DNA from: Thaumarchaeota archaeon SCGC AAA007-O23
GTDB lineage: Archaea; Thermoproteota; Nitrososphaeria; Nitrososphaerales; Nitrosopumilaceae
Direction of reading: 5' to 3'
DNA length: 64,000 nucleotides
Assembly: GCA_000402075.1 (NCBI GenBank)
Contig: ARWO01000032.1
Span: 78,884 to 142,883, forward strand
The number at the start of each line of letters is the position of its first letter. Within the stretch, counting starts at the first letter, position 1. Made by a program: the position numbers and the translations under genes. A model generated the notes under the pieces. That model did not search any database and was not told where the DNA came from. It saw only the letters and a program-made list of their open reading frames with translations. Positions 20,158 through 29,383 of the stretch are shown here, piece after piece.

Positions 20158-20514
20158 CTAATTTTTATTTTCAGAGTTTTCTTTTGTTCCTTTTATTTGA
20201 ACCAAATCAGGTGATTTTGGCTGTTGTGGTTTGGATTGCCATCTTATCAACACATCTTTGAATCTGTTTGCTTCATCCTCGTTTTCAGTGTACATTATCG
20301 TTGTAACCCATCTGCCCTTGTTGTTAGTTGGGCCACCAAGAGAGTTCATCCAGAAAGCACTGGGCAATGATTTTAGCGCCTTATTATCAGGGTCACGACT
20401 TAGATCAGTCCATTTTTTTGAAACAAATGCTAGAATTTGGTTTAACTCGTTTTTGTCAATCATATGGCTTGTTGGAGGTATCATAATTTTAAAATTGTGA
20501 ATTATTACGCACAA
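20158..20514 (-). CDS. hypothetical protein
   Basis: 118-aa ORF divergent from the cdvA-like gene. Internal Met starts at 20484 or 20463 are possible. No motif recognised. Confidence 0.5.
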   Translation of the reverse strand: MCVIIHNFKIMIPPTSHMIDKNELNQILAFVSKKWTDLSRDPDNKALKSLPSAFWMNSLGGPTNNKGRWVTTIMYTENEDEANRFKDVLIRWQSKPQQPKSPDLVQIKGTKENSENKN

Positions 20515-20590
20515 TTCTATTATTGGTTAATTTCTTCTTACAAAATCAGGAAACGATTTTTACACCTCGTAGGTTATATGGCTAATTACA

Positions 20591-21373
20591 TTGTCACGTA
20601 TGACCAAGGAAGAAGTCTCAATCATTGGCAGACCTGTGAAGGATATGTATGGCACTATTATTGGAAATGTACTGGGTACACTTACTCATATCGATGGTCA
20701 AATTCAGACAGTTGGTATCGATTGTGGATCAGAGGGACTTAAACAAATTCCATACGAACAGCTTGTGTTACAAGGTGATGTTGTGATCTATATTCCAGGA
20801 TGGAGGATAGACGCACAAAAGATTTTGAAAGAAAAGAGGCTTACACTTTCACGTCTTAAGGCATTGATGGATATCATGTCAGAAAATGATGCAACACAAT
20901 CTGATGCAGACGTAATTCATGATACATACAAAACAAAATTGATGGAATTAGATGAAGCAGAATCAAAAGTAAGAGATGAATTATCAGTACGTTTGGAAGA
21001 ATTAGATAGCCAAGAAAGAATAATTAAAGTAATGATGTTTGATGCGAAAGTACAATTCAAAAGTGAAGAAATATCTGATTCTACATTTGAAACTATACAG
21101 AAACATTGCAACAACCTTCTTGAACGATTATCACACGAAAGAGTTGAAGTTGGTAATGTACAAAGGCGTATTGAGGAACTGTCGTTGGAAAGTATAGAAT
21201 TAACTCAACCTAAAAAAGAAATGGTACAAGAATCTGCTGTTTCCTATCTTGATTCATCAGGCGATACTTTAACAGGACAACAATATGTTTTACCAAAACC
21301 ACCAGCAGAAAACTCAGAATCAGCTCCACAAACCTATGCTGACCAGCAAGACAATCAAGAAGAATCATCATAA
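20591..21373 (+). CDS. cdvA: CdvA-like cell-division protein (PRC-barrel plus coiled coil plus acidic tail)
   Basis: The N-terminal PRC-barrel-like segment is IIGRPVKDMYGTIIGNVLGTLTHIDGQIQTVGIDCG...VVIYIPGW. A long coiled coil and an acidic C-terminus follow. ATG 20600 is the likely true start. Confidence 0.6.
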   Translation: MSRMTKEEVSIIGRPVKDMYGTIIGNVLGTLTHIDGQIQTVGIDCGSEGLKQIPYEQLVLQGDVVIYIPGWRIDAQKILKEKRLTLSRLKALMDIMSENDATQSDADVIHDTYKTKLMELDEAESKVRDELSVRLEELDSQERIIKVMMFDAKVQFKSEEISDSTFETIQKHCNNLLERLSHERVEVGNVQRRIEELSLESIELTQPKKEMVQESAVSYLDSSGDTLTGQQYVLPKPPAENSESAPQTYADQQDNQEESS

Positions 21374-21488
21374 TCTAATGAATCTGATTTGATGTCCAGA
21401 ATGGAACAAAACAACTAATTTAGTTTTTTAATAGCCATAAACATCTGAACATCCATTAACATTTAGAAATAACCTACTTGTTTTATAA

Positions 21489-23420
21489 TTGAAAACAATG
21501 GGTATGGATTCTTATAAAATCGGTTTAGGAAATTTAGATACAAAGACAAGAAAAAATGCTGAATCGGATAATGTTTCATTTTGGAATGAAGAGGCAAAAA
21601 AACTTTCATGGTTCAAACCGTGGACAGAAACTCTTGTATGGAACTCACCATTTGCTAAATGGTTTATCGGCGGTGAGATCAATGCATCCTACAACACACT
21701 TGATGTGCATCAAGCTAACATAGCAAAAAAACCCGCAATACTCTGGGAAGGAGAGGATGGTACTAGTAGAACAATAACTTATGCAGATCTTTACACTGAT
21801 GTTTGTAAATTTGCAAATGTCCTAAAATCACTTGGAATCAAAAAAGGTGATCGTGTTACAATTTATCTTCCTATGGTGCCTGAACTCCCAATTACCATGC
21901 TTGCCTGTGCCAGAATAGGGGCTATCCATACAGTTGTGTTTTCTGGCTTCAGTGCAGCCTCACTAAGAGACAGAATTGATGATTCAAAATCTAAAGTGAT
22001 AGTTACTGCTGATGTGGGGTACAGAAGAGGCAGTTCGATTGATCTAAAAGGGATCATTGACGAATCGATAAGTGGACTTAATTTTGTAGAACATGTTGTA
22101 GTTTTAAAAAGAGCTGATGGAAATTTACAACTTGGTCCAAAAGATAGTCTTTGGCATGAATTAATGAATGGGTCATCTGATAAATGTGAACCAGAGCATC
22201 TTGAGAGCACTCACCCACTTTTCATTTTGTATACATCAGGAACAACTGGGAAGCCAAAGGGAGTACTTCATGGGACGGGTGGGTATCTCACTCATTTGAA
22301 TTCAACATTCCAATGGGCATTTGATATCAAAGATTCTGACATCTTTTTTTGTACCGCAGATATTGGGTGGGTTACAGGCCATAGTTATGTGGTATATGGA
22401 CCACTTCTCCATGGAGCAACTGAAATAATGTATGAGGGAGTACCTGATTATCCTGACACATCAAGAATATGGGATATCATTGATAGATATGGTGTAACAA
22501 TTTTTTATACCACACCAACGGCGCTCAGAATGTTCATGAAGTTTGGTAATGCTATCCCAAACTCGTTTAGACTTTCATCACTTAGACTTCTGGGAACAGT
22601 TGGTGAGCCAATAAATCCTGATGTCTGGATTTGGTACTTTAAGACAATTGGAAAATCAAAATGCCCAATAATTGATACATGGTGGCAAACAGAAACAGGT
22701 GGTATGATACTTTCACCACTTCCAGGTCTTGAAACAATTTCACTCAAGCCAGGTTCTGCTACAAGACCAATACCAGGAATTGACATTACTGTAGTTGATG
22801 AGTGTGGTAATGAACTACCTCCAGATACAAAGGGATATCTGGTAATAAGAAAACCATGGCCTGGAATGCTCCTCACGTTATGGGGGGATGATGAAAAATA
22901 CAAAAATGTTTACTGGTCAAAATTTGAAAATTGTTACTATCCTGGAGACTATGCAACCAAAGACCCTGATGGCTATTTTTGGCTTCTTGGTCGTGCTGAC
23001 GACATTCTAAAAGTTGCAGGACATCGTATTGGAACTGCAGAGCTAGAAAGTAGTCTAGTTTCACATAGAGATATTGCAGAAGCTGCAGTATGTGGAATTC
23101 CTGATGAGATAAAGGGTGAGGTGATAGTAGCGTTTACAGTTTTAAAAGACAATGCAAAAAATGATCCAAGTTTACTAAGAAAGGAACTTATGGAAATAGT
23201 TAGGAATGGGATTGGACCAATTGCCACACCACAACAAATCTATTTTGTAACAAAACTACCAAAAACTCGTAGTGGTAAAATAATGAGACGTGTATTAAAG
23301 GCAATTGCAAGTAATGAAAAAATTGGAGATGTTAGTACATTAGAGGATGGTGCTGCCGTTAAAGATGTACAAGATGCATTTACTGAACTTGAAAGAACAG
23401 TTAGAGAAAATAAAGGTTAG
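21489..23420 (+). CDS. acs: acetyl-CoA synthetase (AMP-forming)
   Basis: YTSGTTGKPKG AMP-binding motif, GWVTGHSYVVYGPL, WWQTETGG, and a C-terminal PKTRSGKIMRR. ATG 21498 is an alternative start. Confidence 0.9.
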   Translation: MKTMGMDSYKIGLGNLDTKTRKNAESDNVSFWNEEAKKLSWFKPWTETLVWNSPFAKWFIGGEINASYNTLDVHQANIAKKPAILWEGEDGTSRTITYADLYTDVCKFANVLKSLGIKKGDRVTIYLPMVPELPITMLACARIGAIHTVVFSGFSAASLRDRIDDSKSKVIVTADVGYRRGSSIDLKGIIDESISGLNFVEHVVVLKRADGNLQLGPKDSLWHELMNGSSDKCEPEHLESTHPLFILYTSGTTGKPKGVLHGTGGYLTHLNSTFQWAFDIKDSDIFFCTADIGWVTGHSYVVYGPLLHGATEIMYEGVPDYPDTSRIWDIIDRYGVTIFYTTPTALRMFMKFGNAIPNSFRLSSLRLLGTVGEPINPDVWIWYFKTIGKSKCPIIDTWWQTETGGMILSPLPGLETISLKPGSATRPIPGIDITVVDECGNELPPDTKGYLVIRKPWPGMLLTLWGDDEKYKNVYWSKFENCYYPGDYATKDPDGYFWLLGRADDILKVAGHRIGTAELESSLVSHRDIAEAAVCGIPDEIKGEVIVAFTVLKDNAKNDPSLLRKELMEIVRNGIGPIATPQQIYFVTKLPKTRSGKIMRRVLKAIASNEKIGDVSTLEDGAAVKDVQDAFTELERTVRENKG

Positions 23421-23429
23421 AAAAATAGT

Positions 23430-23792
23430 TTAAACATTGTTTTTTGTTATCTCACAATATTTGTTGCTACCCTCGAAGAATTTTACACCATAGATAGGAA
23501 TCTTGTCCTTCAAGTTCTCAAAAATCCACATTGCTATATTTTCCGATGTAGGAAAATCAAACATGTCGTCAAGGTTTGTATGATCTAGCTGTTGGATAGT
23601 TTGCCAGCATATTTTTTTCATCTCATCAAACTCTATTACCATGTTATCTTCATATGTTGATCCAGTTTTTAATTCGCCAGATGCCTCCACAATTATTCTA
23701 GCTGTGTGTCCATGTGGTTTTCCACATTTTGGATGACCTTTTAAGGTATGAGCAAAATCGATCTCAAATTCTACTCCGATTTTTGTTTGCAT
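23430..23792 (-). CDS. queD: 6-carboxytetrahydropterin / 6-pyruvoyl-tetrahydropterin synthase family (QueD-like)
   Basis: 120 aa. FEIDFAHTL..HPKCGKPHGHTARI (Cys plus His-x-His zinc site). Confidence 0.8.
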   Translation of the reverse strand: MQTKIGVEFEIDFAHTLKGHPKCGKPHGHTARIIVEASGELKTGSTYEDNMVIEFDEMKKICWQTIQQLDHTNLDDMFDFPTSENIAMWIFENLKDKIPIYGVKFFEGSNKYCEITKNNV

Positions 23793-23846
23793 ATTTTATG
23801 AATATTTTTGGGGTTTGAAATACCTAGCGAATTAAAGATATGTTTA

Positions 23847-24068
23847 TCATGCGTTGTTTTTTAGATTTTTAGTATATTCTCTATAAGTTTGGAGTAGATT
23901 TAAACAACAAACATTCATCTTCTGCAGTTTTTGATATGCAGAATTTTCCATTGCCGCATCTTTTTTTGTTTCATGTTTTTTAAAATCTTCAAAAAGTGCA
24001 GAAAGTTCTTTTTCAAGAGCAGTAATTTTTGTCTCAATTTTTAATAATTCGTAACCTTTTGGTTCCAT
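23847..24068 (-). CDS. hypothetical coiled-coil protein
   Basis: 73-aa ORF with heptad-like sequence. No family recognised. Confidence 0.4.
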   Translation of the reverse strand: MEPKGYELLKIETKITALEKELSALFEDFKKHETKKDAAMENSAYQKLQKMNVCCLNLLQTYREYTKNLKNNA

Positions 24069-24149
24069 TTGAATTAATACACGTATAACATTATAAAAAA
24101 TCTTGCAGAATACATCTCAGGTTAAATATTCGTATGATATAATACATCT

Positions 24150-24389
24150 ATGGCTGAGGCATACATTTTGATCAATTGTGAGATTGGTTCGGAGGAGCAA
24201 GTCATAACTGCACTAAAAACTATTGATGGCATAAAAGAAGTACATGGTACATTTGGTGCTTATGATATATTGGCTAAAATTGAATCTGCTCAAGTAGAAG
24301 ATCTGCGTGAAACAATAACTTGGAAAATACGTAAAATAGACAAAATTCGTTCAACGTTAACCCTGATGGGTATTGAAGGACAAAGTTAA
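24150..24389 (+). CDS. stand-alone Lrp/AsnC ligand-binding (RAM) domain protein
   Basis: 79 aa. AYILINCEIGSEEQVITALKTIDGIKEVHGTFGAYDILAKIE is typical of AsnC-type RAM domains. Confidence 0.75.
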   Translation: MAEAYILINCEIGSEEQVITALKTIDGIKEVHGTFGAYDILAKIESAQVEDLRETITWKIRKIDKIRSTLTLMGIEGQS

Positions 24390-24443
24390 TCAGCAATCAC
24401 TAATATTAATTGCATTTTAATTTTATACTGAAGTGGATAAGAT

Positions 24444-25001
24444 TTGAATATATTTGATTTAGCAGAACAGAATTTTTTAATTACATTTGCTGCAGTTTTG
24501 GGAGTTGGCTTACTGCAAGGCGCAATAATGGGTAGAGGTGTTCGTAATCGCTTTCCAAGCCTAAAAAGGCACGCACAAATTGTTTCGTCATCATTACTAG
24601 TACTTTTTTCCATTAATGCAGTACTTGGCGTACTAAAATTTGCCGATCCGATTAAATTTTCTGTATCTGAATTCTCGATTCCATCTACAACTGATGAAGT
24701 ATTTTTATTAGTTCTTAATCTTATAGGCATTAATACAGGTGTAGGAACTGTTATTGCAACCTTTATTTCCGTTACATTAATCATATTTTTGAGATTTGCT
24801 GATATACATAACATTGCAAGATATTTTATTTTTATTCTTAGTTCTATAGTTTTAATTGCATCATTACTTGGAAAATTTACAGATTTTGTTCCGACTACAT
24901 TTCAAATAATGCTTTATTTCTTTTATCAAATAGGAATTACGTTAGGAATATTTTTTATAACTCGCCGTAAGGAATCTGATGTGTTATCAGAAATTAAATA
25001 A
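24444..25001 (+). CDS. integral membrane protein, unknown function
   Basis: 185 aa with 4-5 hydrophobic helices and a TTG start. Preferred over the overlapping minus-strand ORF 24386-24814. Confidence 0.55.
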   Translation: MNIFDLAEQNFLITFAAVLGVGLLQGAIMGRGVRNRFPSLKRHAQIVSSSLLVLFSINAVLGVLKFADPIKFSVSEFSIPSTTDEVFLLVLNLIGINTGVGTVIATFISVTLIIFLRFADIHNIARYFIFILSSIVLIASLLGKFTDFVPTTFQIMLYFFYQIGITLGIFFITRRKESDVLSEIK

Positions 25002-25051
25002 TTTATTCCATATTTTTTAAATGAATGATTAGAAAATAAAATATTATTATA

Positions 25052-25954
25052 TTATAAGAGATTTCTTAGCCCTGCACATCTATTTCTAATCGTAACTTCA
25101 GTAACGCCAGAGGCAATTGATATCTCTTTTTGTGTTTTACTTCCACCTGCTGAAATACAAGCAAGATATAATGCAGCGGCAGCTATTCCCATAGGATCTT
25201 TTCCCGCCACTATGCCTAGCTTTTTTGCTTTGTTTAGCATTTTGATTGCTTTTCGTTTGGTCTTCTCACCAAGTCCTGCAATACTTGCAATTCTAGATAC
25301 GCCTTTAACAGGATCAGCTACAGGTATTTTAAGATCAAGTTCTCTGAAAACTAGCCTATAGCATCTGGCAACATCTTTTCTTCTGATATTTATTCCGTTT
25401 GCAATGTCATCTAATGTTCTTGGCGTCTCTGTATTTCTACATGCAGCATAAATGCAGGCAGCTACCAGACCATGAATAGATCTACCTTTGACAAGTTTTC
25501 TTTCAATTGCTTTTCTATAGATATATGCTGCCTTTTCAATAACTGAATCTGAAAGAGAAAGTTTGGCTTTCATTTTATCCATTTCGCTTAGTGCTTGGCG
25601 AAGGTTTCTTTCTGCTGAAGAGTGAGCCTGAGAACGACTGTCCCATGTTCTAAGTCGCTCCATAGATTTTTTCATAGATGAATCTAATGGTTTACCGGTT
25701 GCATCCTTATTTTGCTGTCCAATAATAGTTGAAAGACCCATATCGTGCATTGTAATTGATGTACCAGCACCAACGCGGCTTCTATCTACACCGTTATCTG
25801 AAAATGAACGCCATTCAGGTCCACCTTCGATGATCTTTTCTGGTATGACAAATCCACAGAAACTGCAGAATAATTCTCCAGTAGTATTATCTAACACTAT
25901 TTTCGTTTTAGTACATGATGGACAACGTTGTTTTGTAGGTGGTATGTCTTCCAT
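25052..25954 (-). CDS. tfb: transcription initiation factor IIB (TFB)
   Basis: N-terminal Zn ribbon CPSC...CSFCG followed by two cyclin-fold repeats. Start moved to Met17 of the track ORF (MEDIPPTKQRCPSC). Confidence 0.95.
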   Translation of the reverse strand: MEDIPPTKQRCPSCTKTKIVLDNTTGELFCSFCGFVIPEKIIEGGPEWRSFSDNGVDRSRVGAGTSITMHDMGLSTIIGQQNKDATGKPLDSSMKKSMERLRTWDSRSQAHSSAERNLRQALSEMDKMKAKLSLSDSVIEKAAYIYRKAIERKLVKGRSIHGLVAACIYAACRNTETPRTLDDIANGINIRRKDVARCYRLVFRELDLKIPVADPVKGVSRIASIAGLGEKTKRKAIKMLNKAKKLGIVAGKDPMGIAAAALYLACISAGGSKTQKEISIASGVTEVTIRNRCAGLRNLL

Positions 25955-26079
25955 GTCTACATATAATAACAAAATTACAATATAAATGGTGATTGCAACC
26001 AATTTGTGTTTATTTGTATGTAGCTAAAGCTAATTCACTCTCATTTTGTGGAATGTAATTTTACATTATGTTTTTGTTA

Positions 26080-27621
26080 CTAGTTTAACAAGCAGTATGC
26101 ATAATCTGTATTCGAAATTGATGGATACATCATACTTTTAGGATTTGTTGAGTGTCCCAACGAAATTGAATGACCTAATTCATGTGTCATGATATATTCA
26201 ACTGTGTCTACACCAAACAGTTGAAAGCTTCCATCACAACCATAACTACCAATCGCCACTTCTACTACACCTTTCCCTAAAGTAGCATGGCCTAGAACAT
26301 CTTCTCCCAGATTTCTTACAACCCAAGTAACCCAAACGTTCGCTTCAAATTTTACTTTGGTTGTATCAAATTTTACAACTGCTTTTTTACCGTCAGTAGT
26401 GTCAAACTCATACTTCTCCCAAAAGCTAAATGAATTTTCTAATGTTCTAACATGATCAATCGGCAGACCAGGTGGTTGGTCATTAATGTAAACCTTGTAT
26501 TCAATTACATATCTGTCAGTTTCTTGATCAAGCCATACGTTTCTATCTGGAAAAATTTCTGGTTTGTTAAGATATTGTTCAAGGTTCCACTTGTCGTAAT
26601 CTTTCCAATATTTTATAATTACATATTCACTCGGGTTGATATTTTCAACATATCTATTTTGATTTTTTATATCATTCTGAATATCTTTTAAGTACTGTTC
26701 AAAATTCCATGCTTTTCTTTCCAACTCTTTTTGTACAAGTTCAGAATTTGTTGGAGCGTTAACTTTGATTACACTATTTTCAATAAGATATTTTATGCCT
26801 GATAGAAAGTCCTCATCAGATATTTGTCCAGCAGACCACCATCTTGCGTTATTTTTAATCCATAATGGTATAGCATCAGAGGAATTTTCTTTGTTATTTT
26901 GCGAGCTTATACTAATAATTTTATTTTTTATAAGATATTCAATACCAACTATAAAGTCATTATCACTTATCTTATCTTCAGCCCACCACCCTGCATTATT
27001 TTTAACCCAGTATGGTATTGTTCTTTCTTCAATCTTTTGTAGAAAATCAGGTTTGTTTGTAGGATTCTCAAATATATCTAATGAATATTTTTCCCTTATT
27101 TTTTCCAAGGAGTAAAGATAATTTTGTGCTATTACGTTATCTGGGTCTATTTCAAAAACTTTTTTAAAATATTGTTCAGCTTCTGAATATTCACCAAAAT
27201 TTCCAAAGCCTAATCCCATACCATTCAAGGCCAAAACACTGTTTGGATTAATTTCTAATGCTTTGTAAAATTCAAGCATAGATAGTTTGTTAAAATTAGA
27301 TGGATCACGTGGTGATACATTTTGTTGGGGTTGCATCGCTAAAGTTGATTCCAATCTCAAATTACTTAATGCAAGACCCTTCATTTCAAAAATTTTAGAA
27401 TCTGCAGGATAAATTTTTAGCATCTCATCAAAAATTTTTATGGCATTTTCATATTCACCTTTTAAAAATGGTTCCTGAGCTTCTGCAAGCAACTTGGTAC
27501 GATCATCTGTATCTTGTGCAAATGCAGAACCTGCAAAGAGTACTGCCGTAATGGAGAAAATCATAAATAATTTTATAGAATTTTCAATCATACTTCCCAT
27601 TACCAACTTGATTTTTCTCAA
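26080..27621 (-). CDS. secreted TPR / 2x NNAGWW module / metzincin-type zinc protease
   Basis: Signal peptide ending AFAQD and TPR units at aa 40-170. Two modules follow: IPYWVKNNAGWWAEDKISDNDFIVGIEYLIKNKII and IPLWIKNNARWWSAGQISDEDFLSGIKYLIENSVI. C-terminal HELGHSISLGH plus a Met-turn SMMYP. Confidence 0.8.
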   Translation of the reverse strand: MRKIKLVMGSMIENSIKLFMIFSITAVLFAGSAFAQDTDDRTKLLAEAQEPFLKGEYENAIKIFDEMLKIYPADSKIFEMKGLALSNLRLESTLAMQPQQNVSPRDPSNFNKLSMLEFYKALEINPNSVLALNGMGLGFGNFGEYSEAEQYFKKVFEIDPDNVIAQNYLYSLEKIREKYSLDIFENPTNKPDFLQKIEERTIPYWVKNNAGWWAEDKISDNDFIVGIEYLIKNKIISISSQNNKENSSDAIPLWIKNNARWWSAGQISDEDFLSGIKYLIENSVIKVNAPTNSELVQKELERKAWNFEQYLKDIQNDIKNQNRYVENINPSEYVIIKYWKDYDKWNLEQYLNKPEIFPDRNVWLDQETDRYVIEYKVYINDQPPGLPIDHVRTLENSFSFWEKYEFDTTDGKKAVVKFDTTKVKFEANVWVTWVVRNLGEDVLGHATLGKGVVEVAIGSYGCDGSFQLFGVDTVEYIMTHELGHSISLGHSTNPKSMMYPSISNTDYAYCLLN

Positions 27622-27642
27622 AAAAATGTAATTAAAATATAT

Positions 27643-28641
27643 CTACTGATCATGTGTTATATCACCTACAAGTATTCTTTCAATCTTTTTACCCTTAGAA
27701 ATTATCAATGCACCATCACTATCTATTTTTACTGCTTTCCCATTTAAATTGCCTTCATTAGTTATAATCGAAACACTTCTACCTATCGTAGACGATCTTT
27801 TGGTCCATCCATTTTTGATTTTTTTTATATGTCCAGAATTAATCAATTGAAAAATATTTTCTAATTCATATAAGAACTGCTGAACTAATGGTAACGCATT
27901 CTCATTTTTTTTAACAAGTGTTGCAACGCCATAAAAATTTGGAGTTTTTTTTATCGTATTTGCCAACTCATGTGGTTTAATTTTAAAATTAATTCCAATA
28001 CCTAAAACCATATTTTCAATTTCATTTGATACTATTGATGTATCTATCAATATACCTGCAATTTTTTTTCCTTTAAGTGTGACATCATTTGGCCATTTTA
28101 ATTCTGGTTTAATTTTTAAGATTTTTTCTATTGCCATGCATAATGCAAGTGATGTAGCAATAGGTACAAGTGTTGCATATGAGACATCAAATTTTGGATG
28201 AATTATAATTGACATCCAGATTCCGCCAGCTGGTGATTTCCATTTTCGTTTCATTCTACCCCTTCCCCCGGTTTGTTTTTTTGAGATGACAACTGTACCA
28301 TTCTCATTACTCTTAGATGCAATTTTCATCGCAAAATTTTGTGTCGTGTCTATCGTATCAAAATAATAAACCCTTTTTCCCAAAAATTCAGTATTCAAAT
28401 TTTGGGTAACTTCCCATGGTAAAAGAAGTTCCGATGAATCTACCAATCTATACCCTAGATTTTGTTTTGATTCTATTTTATAGCCTAGCGAACGAATTTT
28501 TTTAATATCCTTCCATACAGCTACTCTACTTATTTTTAGAATATCACTCATGTCCTGTCCGGATAAAAACTCTGATTTGTGTGCCTTCAAAAACGAAAGA
28601 ATTTTGAGGAAACCGAAATTATCAAATGAAGTAAGCATCAT
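27643..28641 (-). CDS. birA: biotin--[acetyl-CoA-carboxylase] ligase with N-terminal HTH (BirA)
   Basis: HTH segment LSGQDMSDILKISRVAVWKDIKKIRSLGY and the biotin-ligase motif QTGGRGRMKRKW. Confidence 0.9.
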   Translation of the reverse strand: MMLTSFDNFGFLKILSFLKAHKSEFLSGQDMSDILKISRVAVWKDIKKIRSLGYKIESKQNLGYRLVDSSELLLPWEVTQNLNTEFLGKRVYYFDTIDTTQNFAMKIASKSNENGTVVISKKQTGGRGRMKRKWKSPAGGIWMSIIIHPKFDVSYATLVPIATSLALCMAIEKILKIKPELKWPNDVTLKGKKIAGILIDTSIVSNEIENMVLGIGINFKIKPHELANTIKKTPNFYGVATLVKKNENALPLVQQFLYELENIFQLINSGHIKKIKNGWTKRSSTIGRSVSIITNEGNLNGKAVKIDSDGALIISKGKKIERILVGDITHDQ

Positions 28642-28689
28642 TAGGTTCTATACTAAAAATTATAAAAACTAATTTCTATTATAAGATCC

Positions 28690-29100
28690 ATGGAAAGAGA
28701 TTCTCATACTGACGAAGAAATCAAACAAGTATTTTCGTTAAAAAAAATAGCTGTTATTGGGATGTCTAAGCATTCTGCTAAGGCAGCACATTTTGTCCCA
28801 AAATATTTATCTGAGCAGGGATTTGATATCACGCCCATCAACCCTAACGCTACTGAGATATTAGGAAAAAAATCTTATCCTACTGTATCATCATTGGACC
28901 ATCCTGTTGATGTGGTGGATATTTTTAGACCATCAGAAGATGTATTGCCATTTGTTGCAGACGCAATTACAAAAAAACCAAAAGTAATTTGGCTCCAGGA
29001 AGGTATTCATAATTCTGAGGCTGAAGAACTAGCAAGGAGTAATGGAATTATGGTTATTTTTAACAGATGTATGCTAGCTGAACACCAGCGCCTTTTCTAA
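28690..29100 (+). CDS. CoA-binding domain protein
   Basis: 136 aa. KKIAVIGMS...PINP...YPTVSSL...VDVVDIFRP...VIWLQEG pattern of the YccU/YneT CoA-binding family. Confidence 0.75.
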   Translation: MERDSHTDEEIKQVFSLKKIAVIGMSKHSAKAAHFVPKYLSEQGFDITPINPNATEILGKKSYPTVSSLDHPVDVVDIFRPSEDVLPFVADAITKKPKVIWLQEGIHNSEAEELARSNGIMVIFNRCMLAEHQRLF

Positions 29101-29102
29101 TC

Positions 29103-29363
29103 ATGGACCCTAATGATGATCCAGTATCACGCGCGGAAAGAGCATTGTATGATATTCAAGAATTAGCAGATTCAACAGCTGAACATCATCCATATTGGGT
29201 ATTATTGTACAACTGTTCTCAGATTTCCAAAACTATATTGGAAAAATGGAATGATGATCTAACTGAAGAGGATTTAAGTGAAATACGTTGGATGATTTCT
29301 GAGTTAGAAAATTCATACGACAAACTCAAAAATAAAGTAGACCAAGACAGCAAAGATAAATAA
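29103..29363 (+). CDS. hypothetical acidic protein
   Basis: 86-aa ORF starting 2 nt after the upstream stop. No motif recognised. Confidence 0.45.
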   Translation: MDPNDDPVSRAERALYDIQELADSTAEHHPYWVLLYNCSQISKTILEKWNDDLTEEDLSEIRWMISELENSYDKLKNKVDQDSKDK

Positions 29364-29383
29364 TTTAAACTCGCTTTTCATTC

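Noticed and set aside
24386-24814. 142-aa minus-strand ORF.
   Set aside because: It overlaps a plus-strand ORF that encodes a coherent multi-helix membrane protein. The minus-strand product has no features.
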